From Octopus bimaculoides (taxonomy: Eukaryota): DNA of 50,170 nt. This document shows positions 13,049 through 24,827 of this stretch, piece by piece. The translations under genes were made by a program, and so were the position numbers. Within the stretch, counting starts at the first letter, position 1, and every line of letters starts with the position of its first letter. Location: NCBI RefSeq assembly GCF_001194135.2, contig NC_068993.1:31408840-31459009 (forward strand). Reading direction: 5' to 3'. Below the pieces are notes generated by a model, which did not search any database, was not told where the DNA came from, and was given only the letters and a program-made list of their open reading frames with translations.

Positions 13049-13395
13049 TCATTGGACTGCGGTCATGCTACGACATAGCCTTAGATAATTTTTTAATCGA
13101 ATGAATCGACCCCAGTAGACGTTTTTAACCCTGGCACTTATTCTACGCTTCTTCTAGCCCAACCGCAATACTATGGAAGCGTAAACACACCAACACCAAT
13201 TTTCAATCGGTAGTGGAGAACAAACACAGAAACAAAGACCCAGACACACACGCTCACACACACACACACACATAAGTATATATATGTGTGTGTGTATGTA
13301 TGTATGCATGCATGCATGTATGTATGTATGTATGTATGTATGTATGTATGTGTAGATATATACACATGCACATACATATACGACGTGCTTCATTC
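13049..13395 (-). mobile_element. Octopus-type SINE with internal (CA)/(TATG) microsatellite
   Basis: cattggactgcggtcatgct...tcgaccccagta...gtaaacacaccaacacc...caaacacagaaacaaagac...tatacgacg; the same family recurs at 13455-13610, 13722-13800 and 28845-28895. Confidence 0.75.
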
Positions 13396-13454
13396 TTGTT
13401 TAGAACAAAAGCCCCACGGTTGTAGTCTTCGGTTATTTTTCCGTTTTTTCTCAT

Positions 13455-13800
13455 TTTACTTGTGGCCATGCTGGGGCACCACCTTGAATAATTCGGAGTT
13501 GAACGTATCGACCTCATATCCCCCCTTCACTTGTAGTTATTAGATTGTGGTCAACCAAGGGCAACACCTTGAAGAAATTTTAGTCAAATGTATCAACGCC
13601 AGAACTTTTTATATTATTTTTATTGTTGCACTACTTTGAACAGGTTTTAGATCGAACCAAGAATTTTTTTTAAACCTGATCGAAACCATTTTTGTGATAT
13701 ATTTGTGTTTTTACTTTTAATTGTTTCAGTCATTAGACTACGACCATGCTGAGGCACCACCTTGAGGAATTTTTAGTCGAATGTATCGCACCCAGATTCG
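13455..13800 (-). mobile_element. Cluster of SINE fragments
   Basis: Repeated ggccatgctggggcaccaccttgaa / tttagtc(g/a)aatgtatc motifs at ~13465, ~13560 and ~13745. Confidence 0.65.
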
Positions 13801-13825
13801 TTTTCGGATATTTGATACATTTACG

Positions 13826-13871
<46 letters not shown>

Positions 13872-13886
13872 NNNNNNNNNNNNNNN

Positions 13887-13960
<74 letters not shown>

Positions 13961-14759
13961 ATACTTGAAAAGATTTGGGATCTATACAAATCAAATTTTT
14001 ATAGACTTCGTAGGTCTTACCTCCTAGTAGCTGAGAAACCAACTTTATACGTTTATGAACCGGCGTTTTCCAGGTTATTGAAAATAATGAAATTTAAGGA
14101 TGCCTTTTAAATCTCTAAGTAAAATGAAACATGGATTATGCAGTTCTCAACAGAGATTAGCTGAGGTACAAACTTTTAATGTCAATAACATGTTTTATCA
14201 GATGTTCTCACTGTTAAAATCGTTAAAAAAAACATATAGTTCTTTGTCTTTACAAACACCTCCAATTGTCAGCACTTATTTGAAAAACGTTGAACCTGAA
14301 AATGCATAGATTTGAGAAAAACCGGCTTGTGGGAGCTCCCCTCATGTTAACAAGTACATTTAACAAAAGTTCTGTCAGACGACGTGAGTATAAAGGAATA
14401 TAATGAAACAAATCCGGGAATTAATCACAGTTTAATTATCTAGAGCTTCTAAATATACGATGTTTGAGTGTGTCCTTTAGTCATTAATATATAAAATACC
14501 CTTCTGTGTGTGAGTTCTCAATGTACGCTCAACCTCTGGATGAATCTGTACTATACTTGTGGTACGTGAATAATTTGACCATGGAAAGAATGATACGGTC
14601 TGAATTTTTTTTTTTTTTTTGGAAAATATGTAATATTGCTCTATATATAACGATTCACTTCTTCAAAACATTATATCAATTCCCTGTATTTGAACTTCCT
14701 GTCTTTGTCGTCATAACCAGCTATTTACAAACACACACACGTATGTATACATTATAACG

Positions 14760-15367
14760 GTTGTGACGATTTCTGATAAAAAAAAATTTCTAAGGTACTT
14801 TCATGTTAGAAAAAGAATTCCATACGGTGATAGATGCCGTTTTCTCAATTAATTAAATAAGGTACTGTATATTGTACATTTATTTTCCAATACATATTTC
14901 GGATATTTTGGGAACAAGTCGCCTTATTAAGACTTGATATTTCACATTTAAATCCCATGAACAGTTTTTCAAATCCTTTGACACTGTCATTGATCAGAAC
15001 CAGCCTAAAAGAAGCATTCCAGATATTAAAACTCAAAACCTCGACATTACTAAATAAATATAGTAAGGCCCTAAGTACATCTAACCACCGCTTTTTTCAT
15101 GCCTTCAAATTTTACCACAAGTTTAAATGCAACTTAAATAAATGCACAGCTTATATCCACTACACACCTTATGTAACCTTACTTAACTTTCCTTTATCTC
15201 CATCTTAATTTTTAATCTTTAATATTTTAACTCGCCTATCATACTTTAAGAACCTCAATCATTCAATACGACTTATATGGACATGCAAGCAGATACATGT
15301 GTGTGTGTGTAAATGTGTGTGCATGTATATTTGTGCATGTATGTATATGTATATGGCTATATGCATG

Positions 15368-15408
<41 letters not shown>

Positions 15409-16625
15409 NNNNNNNNNNNNNNNNNNNNNNNNNNNNNNNNNNNNNNNNNNNNNNNNNNNNNNNNNNNNNNNNNNNNNNNNNNNNNNNNNNNNNNNNNNNN
15501 NNNNNNNNNNNNNNNNNNNNNNNNNNNNNNNNNNNNNNNNNNNNNNNNNNNNNNNNNNNNNNNNNNNNNNNNNNNNNNNNNNNNNNNNNNNNNNNNNNNN
15601 NNNNNNNTATATATTAGTGTGTGCGTGCGTGTGTGTGTATACGTATATATGTATACGTAAGTACCTCTGTGCGCGCGTGCGCATGATTGTGGGTAAGCGC
15701 GTGTGCGCCCGCGCGTACGTATATCATTATACCTTCTTTTCCCCTCTCTGATTCCTAAATATTTCACTAACCTATATAATCACATACCTCTATTTATAGA
15801 AGTATGACATCCTTGTATTCTTCCCTCCACTTTAAATTTTACTACCAAAACGCCCTCCATACCTTATCTCTACCCATCCCTTAATGCAGCTCTATCACAC
15901 CTCCCCTACTCATATATCTGACACCTTTTCACTCCTTTCTTTCTCATCTCCTCATATCCCTCCCCCACCCCTCTCCCATCCCCCTCACATTATCTTGACC
16001 ACCATCTAACACTCTTTTTCTCACTTCTTTCTTTAATTTTTTCACTCTTTTCACGATATTTTCTCTCGTTTTTCTCTCTTTTTTCTTTTTCTATTTTTCT
16101 TCGTCTCATTTTCTTTTCCTGTTTTCATTCTGACCTATCATCATATTCTAATCATACGCATCTTTCCACCCACCATCAATCCACAAATACTACCGATACA
16201 TTCTCAAATTTTCATTCACACGACAAGACCCTTTCGTATGAACAATACATAATCTACGGTTCCATAGTTTGAAATAACTAAACATGAATACAATTTGAAC
16301 TTACATATCATGTAAAGGAAACTTTTTTGCCACTTCTATACACCACTTTCCTCGAATAGTGGAACGATAACTAGAATATCTTTATATATTTTATATTTTA
16401 TTTCTACTTTCATTCTCTTATTTCCCTCTATATTCCCTATCTCCTCCCTTTCCATAATAATTCCTTATTTCGAACTCAAATATTTACCTCTATTTAGCAA
16501 TCGCGCATCGTCTCTGATGAAGGGATATCCATAATATCCCACAAACAGCTGTAAGAAAATATTTATATCTTTTTATTTACAAATTTCCTGAAAACTCTTG
16601 AGCTTTGTTATCTTATTTTGTCTAA
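14760..16625 (+). mobile_element. Penelope-like non-autonomous remnant interrupted by microsatellite and gap
   Basis: Eroded EQYII..FHSL..LNMN-like terminus (~16240), C/T-rich tract, degenerate hammerhead at 16511-16556, ends in (TA)n. Confidence 0.45.
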
Positions 16626-16764
16626 TATATATATGCATGCTAATACAAGACCCACATTAGACTCCTCACTGGTATCACTGTCGAAACAAGAGTTTAACTA
16701 CGGTCTGTCCATAGCACTTACTGAGCGTTACCTGCCATTCTTTGGGTCTTTTAGGTACCAATGC

Positions 16765-16796
<32 letters not shown>

Positions 16797-18442
16797 GGAG
16801 AAATATAAAAATATACAAGGAGCAAAGATACTGAAAATTCAGTATACACCACGTGGCAAAATTATGAGTTGAAAATAGGTGGAAAACAGATATAAAAGTG
16901 GAAGAGAAATGCCTTCGTTTCATATAGCTTAATACGAATCTGTTCTTTATGCAGCGTGACTCTGCGTCTCAAAGTAAGGCTCATTTGGCCCACATAATTG
17001 TGATCACAACCTGAGCAGGTTAGGACATAGATAAGATTTTGGGAAGCACATGTGAAGTTGCTGGAAAGTGAATTCCGTGCCTTCAGTTAGGTATGGGCAT
17101 GTACCACAATTAGAACCTCTACATCTTTTAACTGTTGCTATCGTTTTGTATTGAGTATAGATTTGCATTTGATAGGAGTAATTTGTCTTGTCTTTTGCAT
17201 TTTAGTAGTCTGTGTGTATTTAGGTTGCTGTTCATTTTCGAGTCTTAAGTGAGGAGAGGGAGATTTTGTGTAATTGTGTTGTATGCTTCATTGTTTCTGG
17301 GGTTGTGGGTTGATATGTATGGTAGTTATTTAAAGTGAGCTGTGGTGTTTTGTTTTGTTGTCCTTAGTGTGTTTGTGTCCAATTTCTTGGCACGTATAAT
17401 TCCATGTTCTATAAGTGTAGGTGGGTATTGACGTTCAATGACTGTTATTTTGAATTCTTGTAGGCGAAGTTCCCGAGGGGCTGTATCAGATACAAGTGTA
17501 CAGATCCTTTTTGCTAGATTGAATGGGATATTTATTTAGGATAGCATGAACTGAAAAGGAGATACTGTTTTGCGTCTGCTGTTTTGTAGTAATTATCAGT
17601 TGCAATTTGGTTGTTGGACATTTTTGAAATCAAAATGTCCAGAAATGGGTGCTCTTCCTTGCTATATTCCATTATAAATTGGATTTTGGGGTTTAAATTG
17701 TTCAGTGTGGATTTGAAATCCAGGAGTTTATCATAGGTTTCATTCCAGATAAAACAATGGTCTAGGTAACTTTTCCTGTTTTCTCATATACTGGTGGAAT
17801 GAAGTTCCAAATTTTTGGAGCAAAATTTCATATAGGATAGATTCAAAGAAACCCATTGTTAGGTTCGCAAGGACAGGCACCGCTTTCGTTCCCATCGCAA
17901 TACCGCATTTTTGGCAGTAGCATGTTATATCGAAAAGGAAGTAATTGTTTTGTAGGATGGACTTCAGGGATTCAATGGCGAAAGCCTCTGTTCCGTAGTC
18001 ATGTGGAATGTTANNNNNNNNNNNNNNNNNNNNNNNNNNNNNNNNNNNNNNTTTTTGGCAGTATCATGTTATATCGAAAAGGAAGTAATTGTTTTGTAGG
18101 ATGGACTTCAGGGATTCAATGGCAAAAGCCTCTGTTCCGTAGTCATGTGGAATGTTAGTGTAGAGGTTGATGACATTGAAGGAGACTAATAGAGCTTCTT
18201 CGTTGGTGGTTTTTGGTACATGCTCTAGCATATCCAGATCTTCTCTAAGGAAATTTAAATGTATTTCAGGAAACGTTTCGATAGTATGTCTAGAAGGTTG
18301 CTTCGGCGCTGTGTTTAACAGGCTGGGCCAGCAATAATGGGTCTTAATTTTAAGTCTTCTGGTGTTGGGATATTTATGTATAGACCTGAATTTGATTTGT
18401 AGGCATTAGTAATTATTTGACTCTTGTGGATTTTGGGGAGGC
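16797..18442 (-). mobile_element. Penelope-like element (RT + GIY-YIG), 5'-truncated pseudogene
   Basis: Minus-strand LPKIHKS, LRPIIAGPAC, LVSFNVINLYTNIPH, HPFLDILISK..ATD.YYKT.D.KQYL (PLE RT) and CGTCPYL..NFTCASQNLIYVLTCSGCDHNYVGQ..LRRRVTLH (GIY-YIG). Confidence 0.88.
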
Positions 18443-19070
18443 AGCAGGGACAGAAATTCTCAATTAAGACCAACTTCACATGTGCTTCGCAAAACCTCAT
18501 CTATGTCCTAACCTACTCAGGTAGTGATCACAATTATGTGGGCTAAATGACCCTTACTTTGAGACGCAGAGTCACGCTGCATAAAGAACAGATTCGTTTC
18601 CCTCAATACAGGCAGATAGCACTGAGCGGACAAATTGACAGATGCGCAAGTAATAAAACGCAGAATTTTTATATCTTCCCATTATACCAATGCAAAGATT
18701 CAATCTCAGTACAAGAATGCCTAAACAAGGAAAACCTGGTCATACAAAAGTACAGACCACAGCTCAATATACAAATTTCACCATTTTCAAAATTATACTG
18801 AAGAGCCAGTTGTCCCCCTTGCCACCTGTTGCCGCCCTTGGTTCATTCTCTAGACTCATTCTTATTTTTCAAACATCCAAAATGATAAGACCCCTTTGTC
18901 ACGAGAATTGATTACTGTACAATATCCCTTGAAAAGCTAATTTAAACAGCGATAACCGGTTGGATGACATCCATATAATATGTATATATTTATAAAAAGA
19001 TATTAAACAATATGAAACGAAGGTATTTCTCTTCCACTTTTTATATTTGTTTTCCACATATTTTCAAATT
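18443..19070 (+). mobile_element. Inverted copy of the same PLE 3' end (GIY-YIG + 3' UTR)
   Basis: KQGQKFSIKTNFTCASQNLIYVLTYSGSDHNYVG*MTLTLRRRVTLHKEQIR..KYRPQLN. 18471-18600 is the reverse complement of ~16935-17060, and 19012-19070 of ~16861-16925. Confidence 0.85.
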
Positions 19071-19089
19071 ATATATATATCAGCAACAA

Positions 19090-19440
19090 TTTAGATTCAG
19101 ATGAATTAGGTACTTAAGTTGAGGCACTAGAATGTAGTACGGTATTATCCATACAATTTCAAAATAAGGTGAGTAAGTGATTAAAATCAACGTAAGGAAC
19201 AAGGATATCCAGAGGTAATGCAGTACGATCGTTTCAAGCAACTCTATTTAATTTAACAATGCAATCATTACATCGATTTAAATGCAGAGCAATCCTCAGC
19301 TGCATAAAGACATAGAATTAAATTAAATTAAAACAGATGGACACATTAGTATAATTTTACCTAAAACCTCGAATAAGGTAGGGAGATAGACAAAGGACAT
19401 GCAGCCTTCACTTCAGCTTAAAAACTACTAAGACGAATCA
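19090..19440. repeat. Unclassified interspersed repeat (family also at 21880-22122, 22127-22298 inverted, and more distantly ~29950-30120)
   Basis: Shared blocks gaggtaatgcagtacgatcgtttc, aatgcagagcaatcctcagctgca, ggagatagacaaag, ttcacttcagctta. Confidence 0.75.
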
Positions 19441-19931
19441 GGAAGAAAAACTTATTAGAGATATAGCTTGTCACTGTTTTTTGGGGTCAGTTTTAATCTA
19501 TAGTCTTGTTTATTAAATCTTTCTATAGCAAAATCTAAGGCCAAAGGAGAAAAAGCAGTGTCTGTAGGCCATCCTTTTTCTCACTATCTCAACTTCCAAT
19601 AATTTTATAGCGTTTGCCTCTAAACCTTGAGACCTATACAGAAGCTCAACAACTGACCACCCTTCAGTTACTTTCTATCCCAAACCCCCCACTCTTCCTC
19701 CAGCATGCCACCTCTCCTATCACCTCCCATGATTCCCTCATTATTAAGCCTCTCCCTCTACCAAAACGAGCTCTCTTAACTCCACTTACCATTCCCTGAT
19801 TTAACAGTCACGATAACCCCACCGACCGTCCTACTTCCTTCTAATACGCCTAGCTCTCCACATTTAATCATTCAACCTATGAACTTCTCTGCAGTATGAT
19901 CTGAAATGTAATATTTTGGATTTGCATGTGA

Positions 19932-20009
<78 letters not shown>

Positions 20010-20066
20010 NNNNNNNNNNNNNNNNNNNNNNNNNNNNNNNNNNNNNNNNNNNNNNNNNNNNNNNNN

Positions 20067-20121
<55 letters not shown>

Positions 20122-20123
20122 GC

Positions 20124-20162
<39 letters not shown>

Positions 20163-20365
20163 TACTTATTTTGTGTTTCATACAGAAACTGGTATATTTA
20201 ATATATCTAATTTGTTTATCCGCACAATTGCCTCCATATTTACTCAACTTGATTTTCCTAAAACCATTCTTTACCCAGTGGAATTGATTCCCTGTAAAGG
20301 CATCGCAGTCTAAGTTTGAATCATTTGCTCTCTATGCTGAGAATATCTGGATCTCATATGCTGAC

Positions 20366-20422
<57 letters not shown>

Positions 20423-20443
20423 GTTATTTGTATTATATATACA

Positions 20444-21717
20444 CACAGACATGCAGGAAATAAATAGACACCTTTAATTTTCAAAATCTTTTATTTAATA
20501 CGCAAAGCGAACAATTGAAATGTAATCGATAGGTAGGACTACATACTTTAGTATATAGTTGACATTCCTATTGCAATTTTTAATTCAGAAACTCTTTTTG
20601 GCATTGAACGGAGCTTTGTGATTGTCTCTTGTGGAATTTCTGCCCACTTTTCACGCAACAATCGAAACAATTCATCTTTAGATTTAGGTTTCTGTCGAGT
20701 TTTTCGTATAGCTCTATCTAGTATTCTCCAAAGATTTTCAATTGGGTTCATGTCAGGAGATTGACCCGGCCAAGGAAGCTTTTTGATCCCATTTTCAGTC
20801 AGCGATTGTTGATGTGCTTTCGCTGTGTGGCATGGACCCCCATCTCCATGAAGAAAAAACTCATTTTTCGTTATGTTATCGTTTGAATACATCGGAAGTA
20901 GTCCTTGCTTAAGTATTTCGATGTATTTTTCAGAGTTTATGGTTCCAACGCATTCGATGAGCACAGAACAACCATTGCTGGTCACAGCTCCTCATGCCAT
21001 TACAGAGATACCGCCATGTTTCACAGTTAGTTGGAGTCGTTTCAAATCAAATTCTTGATTGGGAAGCCTCCAGACCCAAGCACATCCACTGTCTGGAAAG
21101 AATGCAAATCTGGAGTCATCTGAGAAAATCACTCTATCCCGAAATGAACTGGATTTTTCTGACATCTTTTCTGACATTTCCATTTCTTTCCGTGATATTA
21201 ATTGGATGAAGGAGAGGTTTTCTTCTAGCTGCTCGTAAATAATACCCAAGCTTATGCAGATGTATAACACACGTTCTTTGACTAACTTCTAACTGTTTTG
21301 CAATGTCAGAAGCCTTCGAACGGGGTTCGTTTACCAGAATTCTCTTCAAACAGCGAAGCTTCCTTTCCGAGGACCCAGGTCGGCCGGGACGAGAATCTGA
21401 TGATTCTTTTCCTTAGCTTTTGAATAGCACTATGGTTCCATTAACAGTATCAAGATGAATTTGAAGATTTTCGGTAATTTTTCGCTGTCTAAGACCAGCT
21501 TCATACTGCCCAACAATAGAACCTCTTTGAAAATCTGACAGGTCTGCTGAATTTTTTTGCGTGACATAGTTTCTCTTCGCAAAGGCTTAATATAATGGCA
21601 CCTGGAATGAAAAAGAATAATTACATTGTAAATTCTACACCGCTGAAAATATATTAAGAAGCTTAGGTCAGAAATTTTGAAAATTAAAGATGTCTATTTA
21701 CTCCCTGCATGTCTGTG
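20444..21717 (-). mobile_element. Complete Tc1-family DNA transposon with pseudogenised DDE transposase
   Basis: ~44-bp TIRs (cacagacatgcagg..taaatagacacctttaattttcaaaat, and its inverse at 21674-21717) in TA-dinucleotide context. Transposase runs from ATG ~21567 to 20548, with [17 protein letters not shown] and WPGQSPDMNPIENLW. Confidence 0.93.
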
Positions 21718-21809
21718 TATATATATGTATGTATGTATGTNNNNNNNNNNNNNNNNNNNNNNNNNNNNNNNNNNNNNNNNNNNNNNNNNNNNNNNNNNNN
21801 NNNNNNNNN

Positions 21810-21844
<35 letters not shown>

Positions 21845-21847
21845 ATG

Positions 21848-21880
<33 letters not shown>

Positions 21881-22302
21881 CAAAATAACCAACAGGATAT
21901 TCAGTATTCAGAGGTAATGCAGTACGATCGTTTCTAGCGACTCCATTTAATTGAGCAATGCAACCATTACATCAATTTCAATGCAGAGCAATCCTCAGCT
22001 GCAAAAATACATAGAATTAAATTAAATTAAAACAGATGTACACATTAATATAATTTTAGCTAAAACCTCCAAGGATGTAAGGAGATAGACAAAGAACATG
22101 CTGTCTTCACTTCAGCTTAGAGTAGCTTCTAAGCCAAAGTGAAGACAGCATGTTCTTTGTCTATCTCCTTACCTTCATAGCGGTTTTAGGTAAAATTACA
22201 CTAATATGTCCATCTGTTTTAATTTAATTTAATTCTATGTATTTATTCAGTTGAGGATTGCTCTGCATATAAATTGATGTAATGATTGCATCGTTCAACT
22301 AG

Positions 22303-22419
22303 TAAAGCACTCGAAGAGCGCTGACCTCCGCCAAACTGCTCATTTCCACCCATATTCACGCATGCTGAAAATCGCCCAATTTCCCAAACCAACGCCGGCA
22401 AAAAGATAACCTCCTTCGA
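22303..22419 (-). mobile_element. Short HINE/Helentron-type non-autonomous fragment
   Basis: gcactcgaagagcgc hairpin plus acctccgccaa and ataacctccttcg subterminal motifs; homologous in layout to 38239-38607. Confidence 0.5.
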
Positions 22420-22737
22420 ACCGGAATCTCAAAAACATTGTTTATTATTAAATTTATGCATTTCTAATCAATTTGGAGATATTTGCTCTCGAGTTGCAAA
22501 TTTTTAACAATGCATTTGGTGATTATTTGCTTTATTTCTCGGGCAAAATTTACAACTTAGAATAAAAGAATAGAATTATTATTTCATTCTAAAATTGAGG
22601 AGCTTTGTTTTTAGTGATGACTTGAAATGGTAAATATTTTTTCTAACTGTATTTGCTTGAAAAAACATACTTTTCTTTATATTAAGCAATTCATTATAAT
22701 TACTTTTACTGTGACATGACAAATCTTACAAAAAGGG

Positions 22738-23404
22738 GGACCCGCAGAACTACCATCTCACGAACTGCATCTGAAAGTTGGCGCGTCAATCATGCTGCTA
22801 AGGAATTTAGATGCTCCAATAATGTGCAATGGTACGCGGATGATTATCAAAAAATTGTGCTCCCGAGTTCTGTAGGCAACAAATTTGAATGAACCGGCCG
22901 CTGGCTAAGACATACTTATAACTCCCATGTCCCTTAGCCACTCCGATACGACCTGCAAGTTTTAACAGATGCAATTTTCCATCAATCTCTGCTTTCCCAT
23001 GACAATCAACAAGGCGCAGGGACAATCAGTGCAATCAGTTGGTTTGAATCTGACAGAGCAAGTATTCTCACACGCACAACTGTACGTTGGCTGTCCCCAT
23101 GGTCTTTCTATTTGTGCACCCGAGGGAAGGATGAAGAATGTTGTCTACCAAGAGGCACTCCAATGATAACAACGGCAACTTCAACTGCTCCAATTTCAAC
23201 TCGCAATTTTTTCATCGTCCTGCCAGCCGACGCAAGTCCAGTCTTGCTTTGCTCTCTTTAATAACTCACCATGTCATTCCTTTTTTTCTAACAAGATCCG
23301 TCGCCCAAACACCACTTCGTATCCACTTCTTCCTCTTTTTTTTATGTCTTCGTTTCTCTCTTCGCGTCGTTCTCTAACCGGGTGAAACCGAGCTTAGCTG
23401 CTAG
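22738..23404 (+). mobile_element. Helitron 3' fragment: PIF1-like helicase C-terminus and terminal hairpin + CTAG
   Basis: HELHLKVGASIMLLRNLD..CNGTR, QFSINLCFPMTINKAQGQS, VFSHAQLYVG, KNVVYQEAL*. The 3' end is ccgggtgaaaccgag...CTAG (23401-23404) followed by T. Confidence 0.87.
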
Positions 23405-23760
23405 TATGCATATAAAAAAGAATACAAAAAATGGAGCAAGGACGCCCAACAGTTAGATGATACAAAAAAGGACAACAAAAAACAAGGACAGGTCATCCGG
23501 AGTTTCCTTTCGTCAGTCGACGGCCAGATTATCTTTGCAATTTCGGCTGTTTATACTCGAGATTGCTCCAATCTGGCCAACCCCAAGGAAAATCTAACCT
23601 AGGAGCACTAGATTGGTTGGAAGAAAGCAGCGAATGTATACGAAAGCAAGGACGAAGAAAACGGAGTGACGTTACACAAATACAAATGCAAATAACAGCG
23701 CATTACCAATAGGTGTCTTTCGACTAAGGACGAATTAAATTAAGCTGGCGTGTGTGGAAA
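23405..23760 (-). mobile_element. Penelope-like pseudo-LTR remnant
   Basis: CTGACGA-aag-GAAAC hammerhead core on the minus strand at 23502-23516, followed by a T-rich tail. Confidence 0.4.
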
Positions 23761-24007
23761 CATATATATGTGTGTGTGTGTGTGCATATATGTCTATATT
23801 CATGTTGGGCAGAGGGGTGTAATGGGCCATCCTATAAATGATGCAGTTTTTTTTTTCAACTGCATCAACTAAAAGTCGGAGTGGACGGGATAAACTACCT
23901 GCATGAACTTGCTGTAAAAGTAGATAGTAATTACACCTTGTGTTTATTCTTAGTGCAATTTTTGAAGAGTGCAGTTCTATTTCAATAGTTATTTTTTCAA
24001 TGCTATA

Positions 24008-24425
24008 ATGGAAGTGACAAAGAAGCATATTTTGCTTTATGAGTTCAATAAAGGCCACAACACCACGGAAAGTACTAGGAATATTAATGAAGTATATGGG
24101 GATCGAATAATAAGCGTAAAGCAGTGTCAACGGTGGTTCCAGAAATTTCGAGTCGAAAACTGCAGCCGAGAAGACGACCCTCGCCCAGGAAGCCCTGCAA
24201 ACTCTGGTGGAAACAAATCCCATCGTAACTGTTGGGGAACTAGCAGAGAAGCTTGGATTTCTTTATTCAACCATTCCTCGACACCTGCGTGCCAAAAGTC
24301 AGCAAATCGGGTCAATGGGTTCCTTACAAACTTTCAGAATCAAATCGCGCGCAGAGAGTGAATTTGTGCTGTGCTTTTCTTTACTGTCACGTCTCACGAA
24401 TGGACCTTTTTTGACCGAATAGTGA
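24008..24425 (+). pseudogene. mariner transposase N-terminal fragment (HTH), 3'-truncated
   Basis: MEVTKKHILLYEFNKGH..INEVYGD..SVKQCQRWFQKFR..EDDPRPGSP, then TVGELAEKLG..STIPRHL, WVP-like segment and F.DRIV. The catalytic domain is absent. Confidence 0.87.
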
Positions 24426-24827
24426 ACTGTTAAAATGCATACCTCTTAACGGATTATATAAAGACGGTTGAATAACTATTTTTAGGCTTTATATTTAGGC
24501 ATAAAGCTAATAGTACCACATTTTCTACGAAAATCTGAGAACTTAAAGGCAATAATATCGATTTCAGTCTTAAAATGGATTTAGTGCGTAGTACTCAACA
24601 ATATACAAAGATACAACCAAACACAAATACACAACTATACACAAATATACAACCGTACACATCCCGAAATGGGTTTAGACTTTGTTCTATCGAATTATAT
24701 AATTTTTTTAGATATAGAGATAAGAACAACTTAATAATAAATTAACTCTTAGATTGCCATGTTTTCATAACATTATTTGTACCTTGAAATACTTTCGAAG
24801 CTGATAATTATTTACTATATCATATAT

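Noticed and set aside
14020-14360. Possible Kolobok-like MITE end (gggagctcccc..ttaa)
   Set aside because: No matching opposite terminus found.
17907-18157. ~106-bp near-identical direct repeat on both sides of the gap at 18014-18051
   Set aside because: The repeat flanks an N-gap and differs by only ~2 nt, typical of unmerged overlapping contig ends or haplotypes rather than a real duplication.
20184-20293. Apparent 108-nt symmetric exon on either strand (minus: NQFHWVKNGFRKIK..)
   Set aside because: Splice-like signals on both strands arise from TACAG...CTGTA ends, which could equally be Tc1-type MITE termini. The WVKNG resemblance to an Ig motif is too short to support a call.
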